Shown: piece by piece, positions 39,052 to 50,373 of the stretch | How the letters are laid out: each line of letters starts with the position of its first letter | Numbering within the stretch: the first letter of the stretch is position 1 | Assembly: GCA_947448845.1 (NCBI GenBank) | Contig: CANFOX010000001.1 | Coordinates: 216 to 64,215, forward strand | DNA: 64,000 nt | Reading direction: 5' to 3' | From: Microbacteriaceae bacterium | GTDB taxonomy: Bacteria; Actinomycetota; Actinomycetes; Actinomycetales; Microbacteriaceae | Notes under the pieces: generated by a model | Told to the model about the DNA's origin: nothing | Database searches by the model: none | Seen by the model: only the letters and a program-made list of their open reading frames with translations | Position numbers and translations under genes: made by a program

Positions 39052-40442
39052 TTGAACTTTCGCTTGCAGAAATTGCCGATGCCGTTGGTGGCGAGGTTCG
39101 TGACACTCACTCGACCTTGGTGACCGGCTCGGTAGAAACTGATTCTCGTTTAGTCACCGCCGGTGCGTTGTTTATTGCCAAACCCGGTGACGTTACCGAT
39201 GGCCATGAATTCGTCGGCGCGGCCAAGGCTGCCGGCGCGGTTGCGGCGCTGGTCGAGCATTATGTCGATGAAGACATTGCTCAACTGAAAGTTGCCAACA
39301 GCGTCAAGGCGCTGGGGTTACTCGCCGAATATGTTTTAAATAAGGTTCGCCAGAGCACAAACCTAAAGGTTATTGCGGTTACTGGTTCGAATGGCAAAAC
39401 CACAACTAAGAACCTGTTGCGCGCCATTTTGAGCCAAGTGGGCGAAACCGTTTCGCCAATCGAATCTTTCAACAACGAGGTTGGTGCGCCAATTTCGATT
39501 TTGCGCATCGATGAAAACACCCGGTTTTTAGTGGTTGAAATGGGGGCGGCAGGCCCAGGCTCGATTCGCTACTTGGCTCGAATGACGAAACCAGATGTAG
39601 CGGTGGTGCTCAAGGTAGGCCTGGCGCACGTTGGTGAATTCGGCGGCATTGAAACCACCGCCGCCATCAAGGCAGAGTTGGTTGAAGAACTTTCTGACTC
39701 TGCCTGCCTTATTTTGAACGCCGATGACGGCTATGTGCGGGACATGGAATCGAAATCGAAAGTGAAGCCGATTTGGTTTGGCACCTCGAAGGCTGATTTT
39801 CTCGCCAGCAATATTGAACTGACCGAAAATGGAACCAACTTTGAAATGCACTGGCCAGATGGGGAATCCATGCCGGTTACCTTGCAGATGCTTGGGGAAC
39901 ATCAGGTAATGAACGCTTTGGCGGCCCTGACGGTTGCCGATTCACTTGGCCTAAGCAAAGAAGCGGCAGTGCGAGCCGTTGAGCAGGTTCCCCTTGCCGA
40001 ACGTTGGCGCATGCAAGTGCTGCGTCGAGCCGATGGCGTCACCGTAATCAACGACGCCTATAACGCGAGCCCAGAATCAATGCGGGCAGCGCTTCAAACG
40101 CTGGCTCAACTAGGTAAAACCGGGCACAGAACCATTGCGGTGCTTGGTGAAATGGCCGAGCTGGGTGAATATTCTCGTGAGGCACACGATTCCATCGGCC
40201 GCCTAGTGGTTCGACTCAATATTGATCAACTGTTTGTGATCGGCCAAGGCGCCAAGCTTATTCACATGGGGGCGTCTCAAGAAGGTTCTTGGGATGGCGA
40301 ATCGCGCTTTTTTGAGTCAATTGACGAGGCGTTCGAACCAGTTCGTGGAATGCTTGTCTCTGGCGATATCGTTTTGGTGAAATCATCAAAATCGGCCAAT
40401 CTAAGACATTTGGGTGACGATCTAGCAGAGGTGAAGGTTTGA
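39048..40442 (+). CDS. murF: UDP-MurNAc-tripeptide--D-Ala-D-Ala ligase
   Basis: [39 protein letters not shown]. Confidence 0.95.
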   Translation: MIELSLAEIADAVGGEVRDTHSTLVTGSVETDSRLVTAGALFIAKPGDVTDGHEFVGAAKAAGAVAALVEHYVDEDIAQLKVANSVKALGLLAEYVLNKVRQSTNLKVIAVTGSNGKTTTKNLLRAILSQVGETVSPIESFNNEVGAPISILRIDENTRFLVVEMGAAGPGSIRYLARMTKPDVAVVLKVGLAHVGEFGGIETTAAIKAELVEELSDSACLILNADDGYVRDMESKSKVKPIWFGTSKADFLASNIELTENGTNFEMHWPDGESMPVTLQMLGEHQVMNALAALTVADSLGLSKEAAVRAVEQVPLAERWRMQVLRRADGVTVINDAYNASPESMRAALQTLAQLGKTGHRTIAVLGEMAELGEYSREAHDSIGRLVVRLNIDQLFVIGQGAKLIHMGASQEGSWDGESRFFESIDEAFEPVRGMLVSGDIVLVKSSKSANLRHLGDDLAEVKV

Positions 40443-41521
40443 GAGCTCTACTTCTAGCTGGCGCCATCTCAATGGCCTTCACGCTTTTTGTGACGCCCGC
40501 ATTCGTTTGGTTATTTCGCCGCATTGGTTGGGGTCAGTTCATTCGAGACGATGGCCCGCAGAGCCACCACACCAAAAAGGGCACCCCCACCATGGGTGGA
40601 ATCGTCATCATTGTGGCCGCGCTGCTTGGTTATTTCATTGCGAAACTGGCTAACCAAGAGACACCAACTGTTTCTGCGCTCTTGGTCTTCTTTATGATGG
40701 TGGGTCTCGGTCTGGTTGGATTTACCGATGATTTCATCAAAACCCACCGACAACGCAGTCTTGGCCTTAGCGGTTGGGCAAAAATCGCCGGTCAAGGCGT
40801 AGTGGCATCCATTTTCGCCATTTTGTCTCTTCAGTTTCCAAATGAAAACGGGCTTACCCCAGCCAGCACCAAGATCTCTCTGGTTCGAGACCTACCAGTC
40901 GATTTCATGGTTCTTGGCACAGTTGCCGGCACCATCCTGTTTATTATTTGGATCTATTTTTTGGTGGCTTCGACCTCAAACGGTGTGAACATCGCAGACG
41001 GCCTAGATGGTTTGGCTACCGGTTCTTCGATTATGGCCATTGGCGCTTTTGCCATTATTGGCTTCTGGAAGTTCAATCAATCCTGTGACGACCTGCTTCA
41101 AAGCACCGCCTGTTACAACACCAGAGACCCGCTTGATTTGGCGGTGGTGGCATCTGCCATCGTTGGTGCATTAGCCGGCTTTCTGTGGTGGAATACCTCG
41201 CCGGCCAGCATTTACATGGGAGACACCGGTTCCCTCGGGCTTGGTGGCGCGCTTGCAGCTTTGGCCATTGAGGCCCGCACCGAACTACTTTTGGTGCTGC
41301 TTGGCGGAATCTTCGTGATTGTCACCGGTTCGGTTATTTTGCAGCGCATTTATTTTAAACTCACCCATGGCAAGCGCATCTTTTTGATGAGCCCGCTGCA
41401 CCATCATTTTGAACTCAAAGGATGGAAAGAAATCACCATTGTGGTGCGTTTCTGGATCATTGGCGGACTCTGCGTGCTTGCCGGAATCGGACTGTTCTAC
41501 GTTGAGTGGATCTACGGATAG
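40439..41521 (+). CDS. mraY: Phospho-MurNAc-pentapeptide transferase
   Basis: [39 protein letters not shown]. Confidence 0.97.
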   Translation: MRALLLAGAISMAFTLFVTPAFVWLFRRIGWGQFIRDDGPQSHHTKKGTPTMGGIVIIVAALLGYFIAKLANQETPTVSALLVFFMMVGLGLVGFTDDFIKTHRQRSLGLSGWAKIAGQGVVASIFAILSLQFPNENGLTPASTKISLVRDLPVDFMVLGTVAGTILFIIWIYFLVASTSNGVNIADGLDGLATGSSIMAIGAFAIIGFWKFNQSCDDLLQSTACYNTRDPLDLAVVASAIVGALAGFLWWNTSPASIYMGDTGSLGLGGALAALAIEARTELLLVLLGGIFVIVTGSVILQRIYFKLTHGKRIFLMSPLHHHFELKGWKEITIVVRFWIIGGLCVLAGIGLFYVEWIYG

Positions 41522-41522
41522 C

Positions 41523-42992
41523 GTGAGCGATCTTTCGCTTCTAACCAGTTGGCATTCCAACTGGCGTGGTTTAAGGGTTGCAGTTTTGGGGCTCGGGGTT
41601 TCCGGGTTTTCGGTAGCCGACACCCTTGCCGAACTTGGCTGTCAGGTTCTCGCAATTGCAAAATCGGCAGAACCAGAGATCACCGATATTCTCGAAGTCA
41701 TCGAAGTTGAAACCATTCTCGGCGAGAGCGCCGATCAAGTTTCCGACCGGCTAAAAGAGTTTGCACCAGAACTGATTGTGACCTCGCCTGGTTTTCGCCC
41801 AGATTCGCCGATTTTGGCTTGGGCTTCGAAGCAGCAAATCGCGGTTTGGATTGACATTGATTTGGCGTGGCGGTTGCGTGACAAGACCAGTCGCGTAGCC
41901 GAATGGGTATGCATTACCGGAACCAACGGAAAAACCACCACGGTTCAACTAGCGACCGCTATGTTTCAGGCTGCCGACAAGCGCGCCATCGCATGCGGCA
42001 ACATTGGAGAGCCGATTCTCGATGCCATTCGTAACCCAGGTGGTTTTGACGTACTAGTAGTCGAGCTAAGTAGTTTTCAGCTGCATTATCTCGGTCACAT
42101 TGAACCGGCTGCGAGTGCCATTTTGAACATCGCCGATGACCATCTCGACTGGCATGGCTCTCGTGCTGAATATGAGCGAGTCAAGGGCAAGGTGTACCAG
42201 AACGCCAAGTCGGCAGTGGTTTACAACGTTCAAGATCGGGTCACGTTCGATTTGGCGAGAGCGGCTGATGTTGCCAGCGAAGACACCCTGGCGGTAGGTT
42301 TCACCACGGGTTTTCCTGCTGACCTGCAGGTTGGTTTCGTAGAAGACTCGCTGATTGATCGAGCTTTTTACGGCTATCGAGCCAAAGAGCTGCCAGAGCT
42401 GGCAAACCTCACAGACCTTGCTGAAATCGGCATCGTCACCGAACATCTCAAGAGCAATGTCGCTGCCGCCACCGCATTGGCGCGCGCACTTGCGATTGAT
42501 GCCGAACACATCAGGTCAGCCATTCGAAACTTTCGCCTCGACGCCCACCGCATTCAATTGATTGCCGAGGCCAATGGGGTTGCTTTCGTAGACGATTCCA
42601 AGGCCACAAATCCGCATGCTGCGGCGGCTTCGTTAGCATCGTTCGATTCTGTGGTCTGGCTGGTTGGGGGCTTACTCAAAGGTGTCGACATTGCGCCACT
42701 TGTCAAAGCACACGTAGGGCGGCTGCGAGCAGCGGTTGTAATGGGCAAAGACAGAACCCATGTGCTTGCCGCGCTGGCAAAGCACGCACCGGGTGTGACG
42801 GTGGTCGAAATCACATCCCTTGACTCTTCGCTTGTAATGGAACAGGCGGTGGCGGCTGGAATCCAGCTGGCTCAACCCGGAGACGCAGTTCTACTGGCAC
42901 CGGCGGCAGCTTCAATGGATCAGTTCAAGGATTATGCCGATCGCGGAAATGCTTTTGCCGCAGCCGTTCGCACTCAGATTGGCTCACGATGA
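41523..42992 (+). CDS. murD: UDP-MurNAc-peptide--D-glutamate ligase
   Basis: GLGVSG, SPG, ITGTNGKTTT, GNIG, ELSSFQL, DHLDWH, DDSKATN, LAPAAASMDQF; start moved to GTG 41523. Confidence 0.95.
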   Translation: MSDLSLLTSWHSNWRGLRVAVLGLGVSGFSVADTLAELGCQVLAIAKSAEPEITDILEVIEVETILGESADQVSDRLKEFAPELIVTSPGFRPDSPILAWASKQQIAVWIDIDLAWRLRDKTSRVAEWVCITGTNGKTTTVQLATAMFQAADKRAIACGNIGEPILDAIRNPGGFDVLVVELSSFQLHYLGHIEPAASAILNIADDHLDWHGSRAEYERVKGKVYQNAKSAVVYNVQDRVTFDLARAADVASEDTLAVGFTTGFPADLQVGFVEDSLIDRAFYGYRAKELPELANLTDLAEIGIVTEHLKSNVAAATALARALAIDAEHIRSAIRNFRLDAHRIQLIAEANGVAFVDDSKATNPHAAAASLASFDSVVWLVGGLLKGVDIAPLVKAHVGRLRAAVVMGKDRTHVLAALAKHAPGVTVVEITSLDSSLVMEQAVAAGIQLAQPGDAVLLAPAAASMDQFKDYADRGNAFAAAVRTQIGSR

Positions 42993-44167
42993 AGCGAATA
43001 GTCAGGGCACCGCGGGCATTTTTAAGTGTTCGGTCATCCAAGTTCATCTGGTTGCTTTCGCTCACCAGCCTTACGGTGATTCTTGGCCTAGTTATGGTTT
43101 TGAGTTCTTCGACCGTTTGGTCGCTTATTACCAACGACAATGCATTCACAATCTTTTTGAAACAAGCCGGTTCGCTTGCCCTCGGATTTGGTTTGATGGC
43201 AATTGTGGCAACCAGGCCAACTGCCTGGATTTTCAAGATGGCCCCAAGCGCCTATGTGGGAGCTCTCATACTGCAGGCACTGGTGCTTTGGTCGCCGCTT
43301 GGTGTTTCGATTGGCGGTAACCGAAACTGGCTGCGTATTTTTGGCATAACGGTGCAACCATCAGAGTTCATCAAATTGGCTTTGATTCTCTTGGTGTCAA
43401 AACTTATCGCCGAGACTGTTCATCAAATCGATTCACTACAACATTTCACCACGCGCCTCTTCATAGTTGGGGGCGTTGGCGTTGGAATGGTGTTTTGGGG
43501 GCACGACCTTGGAACCGCAATCGTCATCGGTTTGATTTTGATAGGCATGTTATTTCTCAGCGGGGTGCCGTTTACGAATTTGCGCATTCCGCTTGCTGTT
43601 GCGGGTGTTGGGGTAGCCATTGCACTCACCATTGGCAGCAGTCGAATGGCCAGAATCACGGCCTGGCTTAACCCTGGAACAGACGACTCATCGCCATTTG
43701 ACTGGCAGTCTCAGCATGGTATTTGGGCCCTTGCCGCCGGCGGTTTCAATGGAGTAGGGCTCGGTGCTTCAAAGCTTAAATGGAGTTGGGTGCCAGAAGC
43801 CGACAACGACTACATCTTTGCCATCATCGGTGAAGAGTGGGGTTGGATCGGCACATTGGTAATAATCATCCTTTTTGTTTTGATAATCAACTTCATTCGC
43901 ATGATCGCCACCGAAAGCAATAACCTAACCAGCCACATGGCCGCACTAGGAATCATGCTCTGGATAAGCGTTCAGACTTTCCTGAACATTGGCGTTGTCA
44001 TTAGTTTCTTTCCAGTGCTGGGAGTGCCGTTGCCGCTAATCTCTTCGGGCGGTTCGTCGCTAATTTCCTCGATGATGGCTATCGGCGTGATTTTGGCCAT
44101 CGACCGTGAGAACCACGACAAAGAACTTGGGCGAATTCACAACAACCTTTTCAAGGCCAAACGATGA
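42989..44167 (+). CDS. ftsW: SEDS peptidoglycan glycosyltransferase FtsW
   Basis: GNRNW, QPSEFIK, DLGT, PEADNDYIFAIIGEE, GVPLPLISSGGSS. Confidence 0.95.
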   Translation: MKRIVRAPRAFLSVRSSKFIWLLSLTSLTVILGLVMVLSSSTVWSLITNDNAFTIFLKQAGSLALGFGLMAIVATRPTAWIFKMAPSAYVGALILQALVLWSPLGVSIGGNRNWLRIFGITVQPSEFIKLALILLVSKLIAETVHQIDSLQHFTTRLFIVGGVGVGMVFWGHDLGTAIVIGLILIGMLFLSGVPFTNLRIPLAVAGVGVAIALTIGSSRMARITAWLNPGTDDSSPFDWQSQHGIWALAAGGFNGVGLGASKLKWSWVPEADNDYIFAIIGEEWGWIGTLVIIILFVLIINFIRMIATESNNLTSHMAALGIMLWISVQTFLNIGVVISFFPVLGVPLPLISSGGSSLISSMMAIGVILAIDRENHDKELGRIHNNLFKAKR

Positions 44168-45234
44168 CCAATTACCTTTTGGCCGGCGGAGGCACCGCCG
44201 GACACGTTAACCCGCTATTGGCTTTAGCCGAAGAGATTAGGCGCAACGAGCCCGGCGCAAAGATCTGGGCACTCGGCACCAAAGAAGGCCTTGAAGCAAG
44301 GCTGGTTGCAGAGCGTGGTTTCGAGCTGCTAACAATCGAGCGTTTGCCGTTCCCGCGGCGAATGAACCTCGGTGCCCTGACTTTTCCGCTTCGATTTGGA
44401 AAAGCAGTCAACGACGTTGTTGAAATGATCAAATCTAAAAATGTGGATGTGGTCGTCGGATTCGGCGGCTATGCCTCGGCGCCGGCTTATTTGGCCGCAA
44501 AGAGAGCCAAAGTGCCATTCGTGGTTCATGAAGCGAATGCCCTACCGGGGTTGGCAAATCGAATCGGCGCTAGGTTTGCGGCCGCCGTAGGGGTTTGTTT
44601 CAGTAATACGAAACTTGCCAATGCCAAGGTTGTTGGCATGCCAATTCGAGCTGAGGTAGCCTCAATTGCTGCCGAGCGTGATGCTAAATCGGCGCGAGCT
44701 CATTTTGGGCTGCAAGATGCCCCAACCCTGCTGGTTACAGGTGGTTCGCTTGGCGCACGCAGCATCAACGAAACTGCGGTTGCCAGCATTAAACTGCTTC
44801 GGGCTGCCGGAATTCAGTTGTTGCACATTAGCGGAGACCGAGCCGGTTTGCCCGAGGTGCATGAGTCAGACCTGGTGCGCCTCAACTACTGCAACGAAAT
44901 GCACTTAGCCATTGCAGCGGCCTCATTTGCCGTGGCAAGAGCCGGCGCTTCAACGGTTGCCGAGTTTGCAGCGGTTGGCCTGCCAGCGGTATTCGTTCCG
45001 TATGCGGTTGGTAATGGCGAACAGAAGTTCAACCTGATTGACCTCGTTAACGCAAAAGGTGCCATTACCGTGGCCGATGTTGATTTCAACCCTGAGTTTG
45101 TTGCCAATGTTCTGATTCCAACCATTTCAGACTCAAAAAAAGTTTCAGCCATGGCGGCAGCTGCCAAATCGGTTGGTATTTCTGATGGCTCGAATCGGCT
45201 TTACCGGCTGGTTCGTGGCGTGTTGAGCCAATAG
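44164..45234 (+). CDS. murG: Lipid I GlcNAc transferase MurG
   Basis: GGGTAGHVNP, GFGGY, HEANA.PG.AN, GGSLGA, RAGAST, GNGEQ. Confidence 0.96.
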   Translation: MTNYLLAGGGTAGHVNPLLALAEEIRRNEPGAKIWALGTKEGLEARLVAERGFELLTIERLPFPRRMNLGALTFPLRFGKAVNDVVEMIKSKNVDVVVGFGGYASAPAYLAAKRAKVPFVVHEANALPGLANRIGARFAAAVGVCFSNTKLANAKVVGMPIRAEVASIAAERDAKSARAHFGLQDAPTLLVTGGSLGARSINETAVASIKLLRAAGIQLLHISGDRAGLPEVHESDLVRLNYCNEMHLAIAAASFAVARAGASTVAEFAAVGLPAVFVPYAVGNGEQKFNLIDLVNAKGAITVADVDFNPEFVANVLIPTISDSKKVSAMAAAAKSVGISDGSNRLYRLVRGVLSQ

Positions 45235-45264
45235 TTTGAGGTCGGCATTTAGTCTTGGTTTGCA

Positions 45265-46656
45265 ATGATTAAACCCGATTTTTCACAACTAGTTCCTGAA
45301 AACCTAGGCACGGTGCACTTCGTTGGCATCGGAGGCTCTGGCATGAGCGGAATCGCCCGCATTCTGCTTGGTATGGGGCACAAAGTCACCGGTAGCGACC
45401 TTCGCGACACGGCGGCCGTCGCAACGCTGCGCGAACTTGGTGCAACCATTTACATTGGCCACGATGAGGCTCATCTCGGAAATCCAGACACCGTGGTTGT
45501 AACCTCAGCGCTGTGGCCAACCAACCCCGAATACCTTCTAGCCAAAGAGCGTGGAATTCCAGTAATTCACCGCTCTCAGGCGCTTGCATACCTGACTACC
45601 AAGCATCGCCTCATTGCCGTAGCGGGAGCTCACGGAAAGACCACCAGCACAGGAATGGTAATCACCGGCCTGCTCGGAATGGGTGTTGATCCGAGTTTCG
45701 TGAACGGTGGGGTTATCGAATCTGAGGGTACATCCGCTCGCTGGGGTGCATCCGATTTGTTTGTGATTGAAGCTGATGAATCTGACGGTTCTTTTTTGCA
45801 CTACGACACCGCTATTTCACTGATAACCAACGTTGACCCCGACCACCTTGATCACTACGGTTCCCTTGAGGCGTTCGAGGCCGAGTTCGCGAAGTTCGCT
45901 CAGGGTTCCAAAGATTTCGTGGTTATTAGCAGCGATGACCCTGGTGCCGTTAGAGTGACGAAACTGATAAAAGACCGCAAGGTCATCACCTTTGGCAAGG
46001 CAGAAAATGCGGATGTGCGACTCACCGAAATAGATGCCAGTGGCCCGAAGGTGCGATTCGAAATTTCGGCCGCGGGTCAAAGTTTCAAAGTTGAACTGTT
46101 GATTCCAGGCGAACATAACGCCATTAACTTTGCCGGCGCACTCGCGGTGTTGGTAGGGCTTGGTTTCGACGCGGCTAAATCAGTAGCTTCGATTGCTCGT
46201 TTTGGCGGCACCGAACGCCGTTTTGAACTTCACGGAGTAGAGCGCGGGGTATCGGTTTATGACGACTTCGCTCACCACCCAACCGAGGTGACGGCTGCCC
46301 TCAAGGGCGCCCGCGCCGTGGTGGGTAATGGTCGTTTGATCACCGTGTTTCAACCTCATCTTTACAGTCGCACCCGGTTATTTGCGAAGGAATTCGCAGA
46401 GGCGCTGGCCGCAAGCGATGAAACCGTGGTGCTTGACATTTATGCGGCTAGAGAAGACCCAGAGCCGGGTGTGACCGGTGCCCTTGTGAGTGATGCTTTC
46501 CTTGATAAAAACAAGGTTCACTATGTTGCCGAATGGGATGACGCCCCAGCCGTGGCGGCATCGCTTGCGCGCGATGGGGATTTCATCATCACCATGGGTT
46601 GCGGTGACGTTTATCGAATGGTTCCGCAGCTTTTGGGCGCACTTAAGACCTCATGA
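45265..46656 (+). CDS. murC: UDP-MurNAc--first amino acid ligase MurC
   Basis: [50 protein letters not shown]. Confidence 0.96.
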   Translation: MIKPDFSQLVPENLGTVHFVGIGGSGMSGIARILLGMGHKVTGSDLRDTAAVATLRELGATIYIGHDEAHLGNPDTVVVTSALWPTNPEYLLAKERGIPVIHRSQALAYLTTKHRLIAVAGAHGKTTSTGMVITGLLGMGVDPSFVNGGVIESEGTSARWGASDLFVIEADESDGSFLHYDTAISLITNVDPDHLDHYGSLEAFEAEFAKFAQGSKDFVVISSDDPGAVRVTKLIKDRKVITFGKAENADVRLTEIDASGPKVRFEISAAGQSFKVELLIPGEHNAINFAGALAVLVGLGFDAAKSVASIARFGGTERRFELHGVERGVSVYDDFAHHPTEVTAALKGARAVVGNGRLITVFQPHLYSRTRLFAKEFAEALAASDETVVLDIYAAREDPEPGVTGALVSDAFLDKNKVHYVAEWDDAPAVAASLARDGDFIITMGCGDVYRMVPQLLGALKTS

Positions 46657-47531
46657 GGCAACCGCAGTCTCGGCCTCGAGGGGCAAGCAACCTGCCAAAG
46701 GCACCAGAGGTGCGCATGCCGCAACCAACTAAGCCGCTAAAACCAGTTCGGCTATCTAGGTCGGTCAAGCTCGGCAGGAAACCGGTCAAAGCAGCCACGC
46801 TACGAACCAAACCCAATCAGGTAATCAACCTAAATGTGGTTCGAAACCGCGGCAAGCGGCTCTTGGTGGGCTTCGGGGCCACTGTTTTGGTCGCCATAGT
46901 AACCATCATGTCGGTTGCAATTTTTAGCCCTGTATTGGCCATTAACCGCATTCAGGTGGTTGGCACAGATCGCCTAAGCGCCAAGAGCATCCAAAACGCC
47001 CTGCAAGGTCAAATAGGAGTCTCGCTAACCCAGGTTGACAACGCCAAGGTCGCCGCACAGTTGCAGTCTTTCAGCCTCATAGAGAGCGTTGACGTAATCG
47101 CGAGCCCACCCCATACCTTGCTGGTGAACATCACCGAACGGTCACCGATAGCCATTGTGAACCTAAACGGGGCGGCTGTTCTGGTTGACCCAGCCGGAGT
47201 TCAAATCGGTGCGGCTTCCAGCAGAGATAGTTACCCGGTGGTTGACGTGGTTAGCGACCCGAGGCGAAATGCGAATTACCGAGCCGCCGTTGATGTGCTG
47301 TTGGCACTGCCGAGCGAGCTCTACCCAAGGGTGGCTAGCATCTCGGCGAGAAGTAAAGACGACGTGACCTTGCAACTAAGGGGAGTATCAAACCAGCAGA
47401 TCGTTTGGGGTGACGGCTCGCAATCGTCGCTTAAGTCAAAAGTTTTGGCTGCCCTATTCAAAAACACCAAGAGAAACGTCAAGTTGACTCTGGATGTTTC
47501 TTCACCGGAGGCGCCGGTAGTTCGCTACTAA
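46653..47531 (+). CDS. ftsQ: Cell division protein FtsQ/DivIB
   Basis: Basic N-terminus, TM helix, POTRA domain (..[14 protein letters not shown]), C-terminal DVSSP; between murC and ftsZ. Confidence 0.88.
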   Translation: MRQPQSRPRGASNLPKAPEVRMPQPTKPLKPVRLSRSVKLGRKPVKAATLRTKPNQVINLNVVRNRGKRLLVGFGATVLVAIVTIMSVAIFSPVLAINRIQVVGTDRLSAKSIQNALQGQIGVSLTQVDNAKVAAQLQSFSLIESVDVIASPPHTLLVNITERSPIAIVNLNGAAVLVDPAGVQIGAASSRDSYPVVDVVSDPRRNANYRAAVDVLLALPSELYPRVASISARSKDDVTLQLRGVSNQQIVWGDGSQSSLKSKVLAALFKNTKRNVKLTLDVSSPEAPVVRY

Positions 47532-47534
47532 TTT

Positions 47535-47544
47535 GCGACACGCC
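47535..47544 (+). promoter_or_regulatory. GCGACACGCC motif (putative WhiA site) upstream of ftsZ
   Basis: Same 10-mer as at 17670 and 57912; candidate -10 TACTTT at 47579. Confidence 0.55.
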
Positions 47545-47615
47545 CGCGAATCAAACCAATCGGCGAGGATTTTCAGCGTACTTTCTAGGCGCAAGCAAGA
47601 TTTGGATGCCAAGTT

Positions 47616-47635
47616 AAGCCTCAAGTGGAGGTTTA
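47616..47635 (+). promoter_or_regulatory. Putative FtsR operator upstream of ftsZ
   Basis: AAGCCTCAAGTGGAGGTTTA resembles the corynebacterial FtsR site as I recall it (AACCCTAAAGTAAAGGTTGA, 15/20). Confidence 0.55.
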
Positions 47636-47662
47636 TGGTTGGCATCCTAAGTGGAGGTAGTC

Positions 47663-48874
47663 GTGAGCCTGAACCAGAACTATTTGGCCGAAATTAAGGT
47701 CGTTGGTGTTGGCGGCGGAGGAGTCAATGCGGTCAACCGCATGATTGAGACCGGTCTGCGTGGCGTTGAATTCATTGCCATCAATACCGACGCTCAAGCT
47801 CTGCTTATGAGCGAAGCCAACGTGAAGCTAGACATTGGCCGTGGGCTCACTGCTGGCCGTGGCGCCGGTAGCGACCCAGAAGTGGGTCGCCAGGCAGCAG
47901 AAGACCACGCCGACGAAATTTTGGCTGCCCTGCAAGGTGCCGACATGATCTTCATTACCGCTGGCGAGGGCGGTGGCACCGGAACCGGCGCAGCCCCGGT
48001 GGTTGCGCGCCTCTCGAAGAGCCTTGGCTCACTAACCGTTGGCGTTGTAACCCGCCCGTTTGATTTTGAAGGCCAGCGCCGTGGTGAACAAGCCGCAAAG
48101 GGAATCGAATCGCTGAAGAGCGAGGTAGATGCCCTAATTGTTGTTCCAAACCAGCGTTTGCTTGATATCAGCGAGAAGAACCTAAGTTTGGTTGAAGCCT
48201 TCGCTACCGCAGACAACGTGCTTCGCTCTGGTGTTCAGGGAATCACTGACCTCATCATTACCCCCGGGCTCATCAACCTTGACTTTGCCGACGTAACTGC
48301 GGTTATGCGCGGTGCCGGATCGGCTCTCATGGGAATCGGTTACGCCAAGGGTGAAGACCGAGCCATTCGCGCTGCCGAGATGGCCGTGAACAGTCCGCTG
48401 CTCGAAGCGAGCATCGACGGAGCACACGGTGTAATCCTTTCAATTCAAGGTGCCTCAGACCTCAGCCTGCACGAAGTTGACGCAGCCAGCCGTTTGGTTT
48501 CAGAAAGCGTTAGCCCAACCGCGAGCATCAAGATCGGCACCACCATCGACGACACTCTCGGCGATGAGGTTCGCATCACCGTAATCGCTGCTGGTTTTGA
48601 CGGCGGAGAACTGCCTCACCGTCCGTTCCAAAAGGCAAAGGCTCCGGTTGTGAACAGCGGCCCGATTTTCTTGGCACAGGCAACCGAACAGACTCCAGAA
48701 ATGGCAGACGTTGTTATTCCAAATGACACCGCATCGCTTGAGCAACTTGAAGAGCAGTCTCGAGCCTCGTCGAACCCACCGGTTTCCAGGTATGTAAGCA
48801 ACAACTCGGATGTCGTTGACCCAACCCAGGGTCGATTCGGTGACGATTTAGACATTCCCGAGTTTCTTCGATAG
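47663..48874 (+). CDS. ftsZ: Cell division protein FtsZ
   Basis: [32 protein letters not shown]-terminal DLDIPEFLR; GTG 47663 follows GGAGG. Confidence 0.98.
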   Translation: MSLNQNYLAEIKVVGVGGGGVNAVNRMIETGLRGVEFIAINTDAQALLMSEANVKLDIGRGLTAGRGAGSDPEVGRQAAEDHADEILAALQGADMIFITAGEGGGTGTGAAPVVARLSKSLGSLTVGVVTRPFDFEGQRRGEQAAKGIESLKSEVDALIVVPNQRLLDISEKNLSLVEAFATADNVLRSGVQGITDLIITPGLINLDFADVTAVMRGAGSALMGIGYAKGEDRAIRAAEMAVNSPLLEASIDGAHGVILSIQGASDLSLHEVDAASRLVSESVSPTASIKIGTTIDDTLGDEVRITVIAAGFDGGELPHRPFQKAKAPVVNSGPIFLAQATEQTPEMADVVIPNDTASLEQLEEQSRASSNPPVSRYVSNNSDVVDPTQGRFGDDLDIPEFLR

Positions 48875-49551
48875 TGAGTGACTTAGCCGAAAGACTTCGG
48901 CTAGTTCAAGCTCGAATCGAAGCCGCGGCGACCTTACACGGTCGCAAAGCCCACGAATTGACCCTGGTGGTGGTGTCAAAGTTTCACCCAGCGCAACTTG
49001 TGCTCGATTTGATGGCACTCGGGGTAAATAACTTTGGTGAAAACCGAGATCAAGAAGCCAAGCCTAAAGCCCAGGCGGTTTCCGAGAATCTAGGCAAGTT
49101 TGAAGCGCCAAACTGGCATTTTGTTGGCCAACTTCAAAGCAACAAGGCTCGCTCAGTTCTTAGTTACTCAAAAACCATTCACTCGCTAGATCGTTTGTCA
49201 CTTCTTAAAGAGCTAGCGAAAATCGGCCAGACCGCAAATGTTTTTATTGAGCTCAACCTCACAGACGACCAAAATCGTGGGGGAGTAGCACCAAAAGACC
49301 TTGAGTTTTTCGCAGAAACAGTGTTGCAGGTTGAGCACCTGAACTTGCTTGGTGTTATGGGCGTTGCCGCACTAAATCGTGACCCAAGCATTGATTTCGA
49401 AACTATTCAAAAATGTAGCCTGCAGCTTCAGAAACTTTCACCGACATCCACCGCGATTTCTGCTGGTATGTCTGCAGATTACGAAAAGGCCATTGGCTTT
49501 GGCGCGACACACTTGCGCATCGGTACTGCAATCACTGGAAATCGGGCTTAG
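48874..49551 (+). CDS. yggS: YggS family PLP homeostasis protein
   Basis: VVVSKF, FGEN, WHFVGQLQSNK, SAGMSAD, GATHLRIGTAI. Confidence 0.95.
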   Translation: MSDLAERLRLVQARIEAAATLHGRKAHELTLVVVSKFHPAQLVLDLMALGVNNFGENRDQEAKPKAQAVSENLGKFEAPNWHFVGQLQSNKARSVLSYSKTIHSLDRLSLLKELAKIGQTANVFIELNLTDDQNRGGVAPKDLEFFAETVLQVEHLNLLGVMGVAALNRDPSIDFETIQKCSLQLQKLSPTSTAISAGMSADYEKAIGFGATHLRIGTAITGNRA

Positions 49552-49592
49552 CAACCTTATTCTGTTGTGAAGTGCGAAAAGGAGTAACCCCC

Positions 49593-50012
49593 ATGAGTGG
49601 TGTATTCAGCAAGGCAAAGTTTTATTTTGGATTCGGCGGCGATGAGCCAGAGACCGCTGTTCGGTCAGAGCCGGTTCGTCAGCAGGCTGCCTCAAAGGTG
49701 ACCGTTCTGCGCACCCGTCGCAATGTGGTTGAAGGTAATGACATATTCACAGTGGAGCCAACTTCTTACGAAGAGGCTAAGTTGGTTGCAGAACACTACC
49801 GTCAAGATGTATCAGTGATCATCAACATGGCCCAAATGTCAGAGGTTGACGCGCGAAACATGCTTCACTTCATGCTAGGGCTTGCGGCTGGCCGCGATGG
49901 TCGCCTCAAGCGCGTAACCTCCAAGGTTTTTCTGCTGACTCCAGCCTCAGTAGTGGTAAACGCCGATGAAGAAGAGACAGTTTCAGAAGATGACCTTCTG
50001 ATTCAGCCGTAG
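49593..50012 (+). CDS. sepF: Cell division protein SepF
   Basis: N-terminal amphipathic MSGVFSKAKFYFG, PTSYEEA, VIINM, VFLLTP; ATG 49593 follows AAGGAG. Confidence 0.9.
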   Translation: MSGVFSKAKFYFGFGGDEPETAVRSEPVRQQAASKVTVLRTRRNVVEGNDIFTVEPTSYEEAKLVAEHYRQDVSVIINMAQMSEVDARNMLHFMLGLAAGRDGRLKRVTSKVFLLTPASVVVNADEEETVSEDDLLIQP

Positions 50013-50017
50013 CAGTT

Positions 50018-50308
50018 ATGTACCTAATTGGCGAGATTCTTCGCTGGCTTCTTCAAGTCTATTTTTACGTTCTGGTAGGGCGATTCATTATTGAGCTTTA
50101 CTTGAGCCTGTCGCGCGGTGCAAGACCGAACGGAGTAGTTCTGGTGCTTTTTGAAATCGTGATGACACTGACTGACCCACCTTTGAAATTCATCCGTCGA
50201 TTTGTTCGGCCAGTAAGACTTGGTGCAGTGGCTTTAGATTTCAGTTGGACCATTTTGATTTTTGCTGTGGCTCTGCTCACTCAACTAATTCAGCGGTTTC
50301 TCGGGTAA
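50018..50308 (+). CDS. yggT: YggT/YlmG family membrane protein
   Basis: TDPPLKFIRRF..P.RLG..ALD; between sepF and divIVA. Confidence 0.9.
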   Translation: MYLIGEILRWLLQVYFYVLVGRFIIELYLSLSRGARPNGVVLVLFEIVMTLTDPPLKFIRRFVRPVRLGAVALDFSWTILIFAVALLTQLIQRFLG

Positions 50309-50373
50309 TTTAGAGCCGATTAGTCGGCGGTATACAATTGCACCGATAACCCGCCCCAAGGAAGGTCTGCTTC

